Assembly: GCA_033764315.1 (NCBI GenBank)
Contig: JANRJA010000075.1
Span: 32,001-96,000, forward strand
Direction of reading: 5' to 3'
DNA from: Oculatellaceae cyanobacterium bins.114
Lineage (GTDB): Bacteria; Cyanobacteriota; Cyanobacteriia; Elainellales; Elainellaceae
Length of the DNA stretch: 64,000 bases
The notes under the pieces are model-generated. The model searched no databases. It was not told where the DNA came from and saw nothing but the letters and a program-made list of their open reading frames with translations. Made by a program: the position numbers and the translations under genes. Shown here piece after piece: positions 59,910-64,000 of the stretch; positions within the stretch are counted from its first letter, which is position 1, and each line of letters begins with the position of its first letter.

Positions 59910-60791
59910 ATGGCAAATGAGGAACATCTCAGTCTACTTAAGCAGGGTGTCAATAGTTGGAATCAATGGCGAGAAGACACTCCAACTGTCACACCTGACA
60001 TCAGCGGAGCTAATTTGAACCAGATGAACCTGAGCGAAGCTAACCTCAGCGGGGTAGATTTGCAACGGGTGATTTTGCATGGAGCTAATTTGACGGCAGC
60101 CAACCTACATAACGCCATGCTTGTGAATGCTGACATGAGCGGCGTTGAACTCAATGCGGCTAATTTAAGTAATGCCAACCTTAGCAGTGCAAATTTGTTT
60201 GGAGCTTATCTCAGTGGAGCAAACCTGAGTGGTGCTGACCTCAGCGATGTTCAACTCAATCGCTCTGATCTCAGCGGGGTTAATCTCAGCGGAGCAAACC
60301 TTAGCCATGTCAATTTATTAGGGGCTGATTTGAGCGGCGCAAACTTGAGCAGCACAATATTAAGTCATGCCGATCTCAGTCGGGCTGAGTTAAGTCGTGC
60401 AGAACTTAAGCAAGCTGATCTCAGTGGAGCCAACTTGAGTGAAGCTCGATTGATGGGTGCTAATTTAAGTGAGGCTATTTTAAGTGAGGCAAATCTGAGC
60501 CGTGCTCGGCTCAATCGGGCTGATTTAAGTGATGCGACGTTGGTTGGTGCAAAGTTGGTGGGAGCAACATTGGTTGGGACTAAACTCACCCGCGCCAAAC
60601 TGAGCAATGTCGATTTAAGTGGCACAAACCTGAGTGGAGCTAACTTGAGTAGTGCCGTTTTGAGTGACGCTAACTTTAAAGATGCCAATCTTAGTGGTGC
60701 CAACCTTAAAGATGCACATTTAGAAAATGCCACTCTAGAGGGGGCCGACCTGAGCCAGGTAACAATGCCCGATGGCAGCGTTCACGACTAA
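59910..60791 (+). CDS. All-pentapeptide repeat protein (HetL-like architecture)
   Basis: Short MAN.EHL..LKQG...WNQWR cap, about 50 A(D/N)LXX repeats, MPDGS.HD cap. Confidence 0.9.
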   Translation: MANEEHLSLLKQGVNSWNQWREDTPTVTPDISGANLNQMNLSEANLSGVDLQRVILHGANLTAANLHNAMLVNADMSGVELNAANLSNANLSSANLFGAYLSGANLSGADLSDVQLNRSDLSGVNLSGANLSHVNLLGADLSGANLSSTILSHADLSRAELSRAELKQADLSGANLSEARLMGANLSEAILSEANLSRARLNRADLSDATLVGAKLVGATLVGTKLTRAKLSNVDLSGTNLSGANLSSAVLSDANFKDANLSGANLKDAHLENATLEGADLSQVTMPDGSVHD

Positions 60792-60893
60792 GGTTTTTTC
60801 CTAACCCGTTGATATCCATCTCAAGACAACAAGGGGCTTAAAGCCCCTCATCTTATATAAAGTGTGTGCCCTTAGCTCCAACATTGATCTAGA

Positions 60894-61000
60894 TAACGTC
60901 AGTGCGAAGTCCCTGGCTCGTCTGAGCATCGCCAAACGTTTGATCTCACGCCGAACTCTGCGGTTTCAACCGCCGAAATCCTGATCCCAAATTCGCATTA
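60894..61000. repeat. Degenerate relative of the 48091-48350 outer element
   Basis: Starts TAACGTCAG and ends GCGGTTTCAACCGCCGAAATCCTGATCCCAAATTCGCATTA, matching 48310-48350. Confidence 0.65.
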
Positions 61001-61010
61001 GATACGTGAT

Positions 61011-61114
61011 GTGCAACTTAGAAGTTTAGCTCCCCGGTTTCTCGTGGAGCATTCTTAAAGGGGTCTGACAACCATCACCAAAAACCGGGGATCTGGAGGA
61101 AATCGCACACCAGG
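61011..61114 (+). repeat. Dispersed hairpin repeat family A (copy 3)
   Basis: GTGCAACTTA...TTTAGCTCCCCGGTTTCTCG...AAAACCGGGGATCTGG...CGCACA. Confidence 0.7.
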
Positions 61115-61116
61115 TA

Positions 61117-61294
61117 TTAGAGGATATCTGAGAAGTTTTTGGCGGTTAAAACCGCGACTACAAGAACCAAGTCCGCCGTTGCGGACTCAAGCCAATCCAG
61201 GCTTTTTGTAACCTGCGGAGGCAGGTTTTGCTCATGTAGCTGTGACTTTAGTCGCCAATGCTACCTAAATCTAGCCTTTTAAGACACCCTCTTA
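61117..61294. mobile_element. MITE-like element enclosing a REP-like palindrome
   Basis: Imperfect TIRs TTAGAGGATATCTGAGAAG/CTTTTAAGACACCCTCTTA; internal TGGCGGTTAAAACCGCGACTACA...TGTAGCTGTGACTTTAGTCGCCA. Confidence 0.6.
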
Positions 61295-61329
61295 GATGGA
61301 TATTGAGGGTGGCTGTGTTTGTTGCTGAA

Positions 61330-61857
61330 TTAAGCAAGTTCAGAGGTTGCAATTGTGCCATCGGGCATGATGGTTTGCTCAAAAATCGCTTTGCTCAAAT
61401 CAGTGTCAGATAGGTTGGCGTCTTTAAGATTTGTCCGACTCAAGTTAGCAGCGGCTAAATTTGCTCCGCTTAAATCGGCTCCTACGAGACAGGCTCCACT
61501 CAGATTAGCCCGACTCAAGTTGGCTTTGCTTAAGTTGGCTCGCCATAGATTGGCATCTGTGAGATTAGCTGCACTGAGGTCAGCCCGATTGAGTCGAGCA
61601 TTATTAAGATTTGCACTCTTTAAATTACTGCTGCTTAAGCCTACATCTGCTAACCAGGCTCCAGCAAAATTGGCCTTTTCGAGGTTGGGAGCAATGATCT
61701 TGATTTGCCCTGCTTTAAAAACAACTCGGGTAAACGTGCGCTTGCCTTTGGCGTATTGCTCGATAATGTAAGGCACCGAAATGGGGGCGATCGCTTCTGG
61801 CTGTTCTAGCGGTAAAGAATTTGCTGGTGTTGCGAGGTTTAAGTCGGAATTTTGCAT
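61330..61857 (-). CDS. Pentapeptide repeat protein
   Basis: Y..G.R.F cap, A(N/D)LXX repeats, MPDG cap. Confidence 0.88.
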   Translation of the reverse strand: MQNSDLNLATPANSLPLEQPEAIAPISVPYIIEQYAKGKRTFTRVVFKAGQIKIIAPNLEKANFAGAWLADVGLSSSNLKSANLNNARLNRADLSAANLTDANLWRANLSKANLSRANLSGACLVGADLSGANLAAANLSRTNLKDANLSDTDLSKAIFEQTIMPDGTIATSELA

Positions 61858-61979
61858 AACACTACGGCTTTAGAGTCCAATTATTTATTCAGCCGAGTGC
61901 AGATACAATCAGGTCTCTCCTTATAAGCAACTCAGCGGAATTGATTAAGCAAACACCGCAAAGTATTGTAATGCTTGTG

Positions 61980-62102
61980 TTAAGCAACAGGTTTAATGAC
62001 GAACCACTGACCCGTTTTGGGATCACGGTACGTGGTGAATGGATTGGTCTTGAGTTGGCGTTTCATGGACTTGTTTGGGTTGAGATAGGCTTGTGAGAGC
62101 AT
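61980..62102 (-). CDS. Small protein (40 aa)
   Basis: MLSQAYLNPNKSMKRQLKTNPFTTYRDPKTGQWFVIKPVA; GAGG 9 nt upstream of ATG 62102. Confidence 0.55.
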   Translation of the reverse strand: MLSQAYLNPNKSMKRQLKTNPFTTYRDPKTGQWFVIKPVA

Positions 62103-62393
62103 GGCTGACGTCCTCATTAATCCTGGTTCAACGAGGCTAAATTCATTTGTATAGCGGGCAAGACAGGGGATATAAGGGGGGTGAGGGCTTGCGAGGACCA
62201 AGGGTAAAACTTTTGCCCCCGCTCTAACCAACTCTTGAGTGGCTATATTTCAGCGATCGCACCTAGACGATCGCTATACTTCTATATTTCCTCTAATACG
62301 TCAAATGAGGTGTGACTCAACAGAGATCGTTTGGTGACGTCATCGCTCAATTTGGGTGATGGCTGTGACAGCTACTCGGTGACAAGATGCACG

Positions 62394-63026
62394 TTAGTGT
62401 GTGATATAGATCACCCAATTCCTCAATTCCATTAAATAACGGGCGGCTAAAACCCCACCCCCAAAGCCAAAGAGATGACCTAGCCACGATACGCCCCGGC
62501 GAATGGGCAAAACCCCCCAGATCAAACTGCCATAGAGTAACCCAACTAAGATGGAAATTGCGATCGCGACCAGGCTGCGCTCAAAATAACCGCATAGCAA
62601 TAAGAAACCAAAATATCCAAACACCACCCCACTGGCACCGATATGGTTAGAGCGAGAGGAGGCAAAGAGCCACACCCCAATGCCACTGACCACCCACGCC
62701 GTTGCTGTGACCACTAGAAAGTCATTGAGACCCCGCAGCATCAGCAGCCCACCCAAAATCAAAAAAGGCATGGTATTTGCGGCTAAGTGTTTGAGATTGC
62801 CGTGCAGTAAAGGAGCCAGCAAAATACCCCATAAGCCTCTGATTTGGCGTGGACGAATACCAAAACTATTGAATGCCCCCCGCAACAAGACGCTATCAAT
62901 AATTTCTAGCCCCCATAAAAGTGCGAGACATCCCAGCAAAATTTGGGCTTGAAGCTGAACGCTGGGGGGAATCGTGCCTGATTGAAGTGCCTTCCAAATA
63001 AGTTGCAAGGAGTTATTTGTATTCAC
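62394..63026 (-). CDS. Rhomboid family intramembrane serine protease
   Basis: PLLH....HL..N, HIGASG (catalytic Ser), SW.GHLFG (catalytic His). Confidence 0.92.
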   Translation of the reverse strand: MNTNNSLQLIWKALQSGTIPPSVQLQAQILLGCLALLWGLEIIDSVLLRGAFNSFGIRPRQIRGLWGILLAPLLHGNLKHLAANTMPFLILGGLLMLRGLNDFLVVTATAWVVSGIGVWLFASSRSNHIGASGVVFGYFGFLLLCGYFERSLVAIAISILVGLLYGSLIWGVLPIRRGVSWLGHLFGFGGGVLAARYLMELRNWVIYITH

Positions 63027-63372
63027 TGTGGTTTGTTCTACACACCAAATTGCTAACCCAATTTACAGCAGTTTGGTTTCATTTGGCGGCGACCAGCCAA
63101 TCATCCATCCATCTCTTTAAGAGACGTTTAAGAGGCTATCTAATAAGACCCATTAAATATAGAAATTGCGCTGGATAAGGAGCTTGTGGAAATTGAGGAA
63201 ATCACTTGGCAATAGGATGGACGCTTTGTCCTCAAGCGAAACGCTCGCAATCCTCTTGCTGAATCACTTCTTTAACCTTCATAAACTCTGGTTTTACATT
63301 GATTTATGGATGCAAGCTCTATCTAGAAACGGGATAGGAACCTCAGCCATTCTAAAGCAGCTCTAAATCAGT

Positions 63373-63578
63373 TATAGCAGTCCTAAATCATTTGTGAGAT
63401 TGGCAGGTTGTGAGAGGTGCACCCCTCTCACAACCCATTTAGGATTGCTATATGAGATGACATTTTTAATAAAGGGCTTAATTTCCTGAATTCAAATAGG
63501 ATTGCTATATTTAGCAATTCCAAATGAGGTGGGTCTCTCACAACCCACCTATTTCACAACTCAAATAGGATTGCTATA
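63373..63578. repeat. Cluster of TATAGCA...GGATTGCTATA MITE-like elements
   Basis: Full copy 63373-63452; right end at 63496-63509; copy 63512-63578. Confidence 0.75.
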
Positions 63579-63759
63579 TTTATAGTCTGATAATATTCGG
63601 GAGAAGAGAGAAAATATTTAGATAACCGTCTAAATTTGGCTGGATTGTTTCCTGAGTTAAGAATCTTTCGGTACTATTCAGAAGACTCCAGTTGGTCAAA
63701 TGGCTCTATTACGGTTGCAAATAGGGCTGTATTAGGGGTGTCAATCTCAAGGAGGTTTT

Positions 63760-64000
63760 ATGGAGACATTGGCGTTTATTTATTCAGCTGTTGCTTACGC
63801 AGATCCTGCTTCCGAGTATCAACTGCGATCGCTTGAAGAGTTAGGAATTACCCTCTCATCCTCTGCCGGATTGGGGGTCGCTGGGGTGGTGTTATCGGTT
63901 TTTGCGGTTGCTCCTGATGCTCAAGCGATCGTTCAGCGAGGAGATACCTGTCCTGCTGTGCGAGATGTGCAGGCTACGCTTCAACGTCAAGGGTATGAGG
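63760..64000 (+). CDS. Peptidoglycan-binding domain protein, 5' fragment
   Basis: AAGGAGG RBS; METLAFIYSAVAY...hydrophobic segment...QRGDTCPAVRDVQATLQRQGY (start of PG_binding_1); runs off the window. Confidence 0.8.
   Translation, partial: METLAFIYSAVAYADPASEYQLRSLEELGITLSSSAGLGVAGVVLSVFAVAPDAQAIVQRGDTCPAVRDVQATLQRQGYE

Noticed and set aside
60833..60849. AGGGGCTTAAAGCCCCT as a HetR-binding site
   Set aside because: Lies downstream of a gene in a repeat pile-up, and spacing differs from GGG-N5-CCC; more likely a small palindromic repeat
63166..63836. ORFs 63166-63366 and 63636-63836
   Set aside because: TTG starts with no motifs; the second overlaps the better-supported ORF starting at 63760

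Overview
Chromosomal DNA of a cyanobacterium: the HIP1 octamer GCGATCGC is very frequent, and ado, CAB-domain hemH, cyAbrB and hetR are present. hetR with a patX-like gene and a non-Nostocales HetR signature suggests a filamentous, non-heterocystous strain (inference). Core functions: aa3-type cytochrome c oxidase cluster (ctaB, ctaA, ctaCDE), ado, a TMEM165/Mnx Mn exporter under a yybP-ykoY riboswitch, PucC-type MFS, narM, PrxQ, hemH, a partner-switching module, amidase, dps-srxA-hdrB, leuB, nth, pilD, rpmA-rplU, Rrf2/cyAbrB2 and tRNA-Ser. Accessory patches: TIR-GUN4 plus a ParE-type TA pair (1.9-3.9 kb); a Uma2-bracketed, HIP1-poor island with an NTPase-TPR protein, HigBA and HicB (17.3-22.6 kb); and two identical tRNA-Asp genes around an orphan ORF and nested MITEs. 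Most interesting signals: (1) a hetR / RGSGR-peptide (patX) / divergent all-pentapeptide (HetL-like) locus whose three upstream regions share GTATCAGG, with natural S152A and S130Q states in HetR; (2) an apparently non-coding four-way-junction RNA with a near-consensus sigma70 promoter at about 29.7-29.9 kb; (3) a palindromic repeat translated in frame inside the NTPase-TPR gene. All calls were made by eye from the sequence and remembered family motifs; no searches were run.
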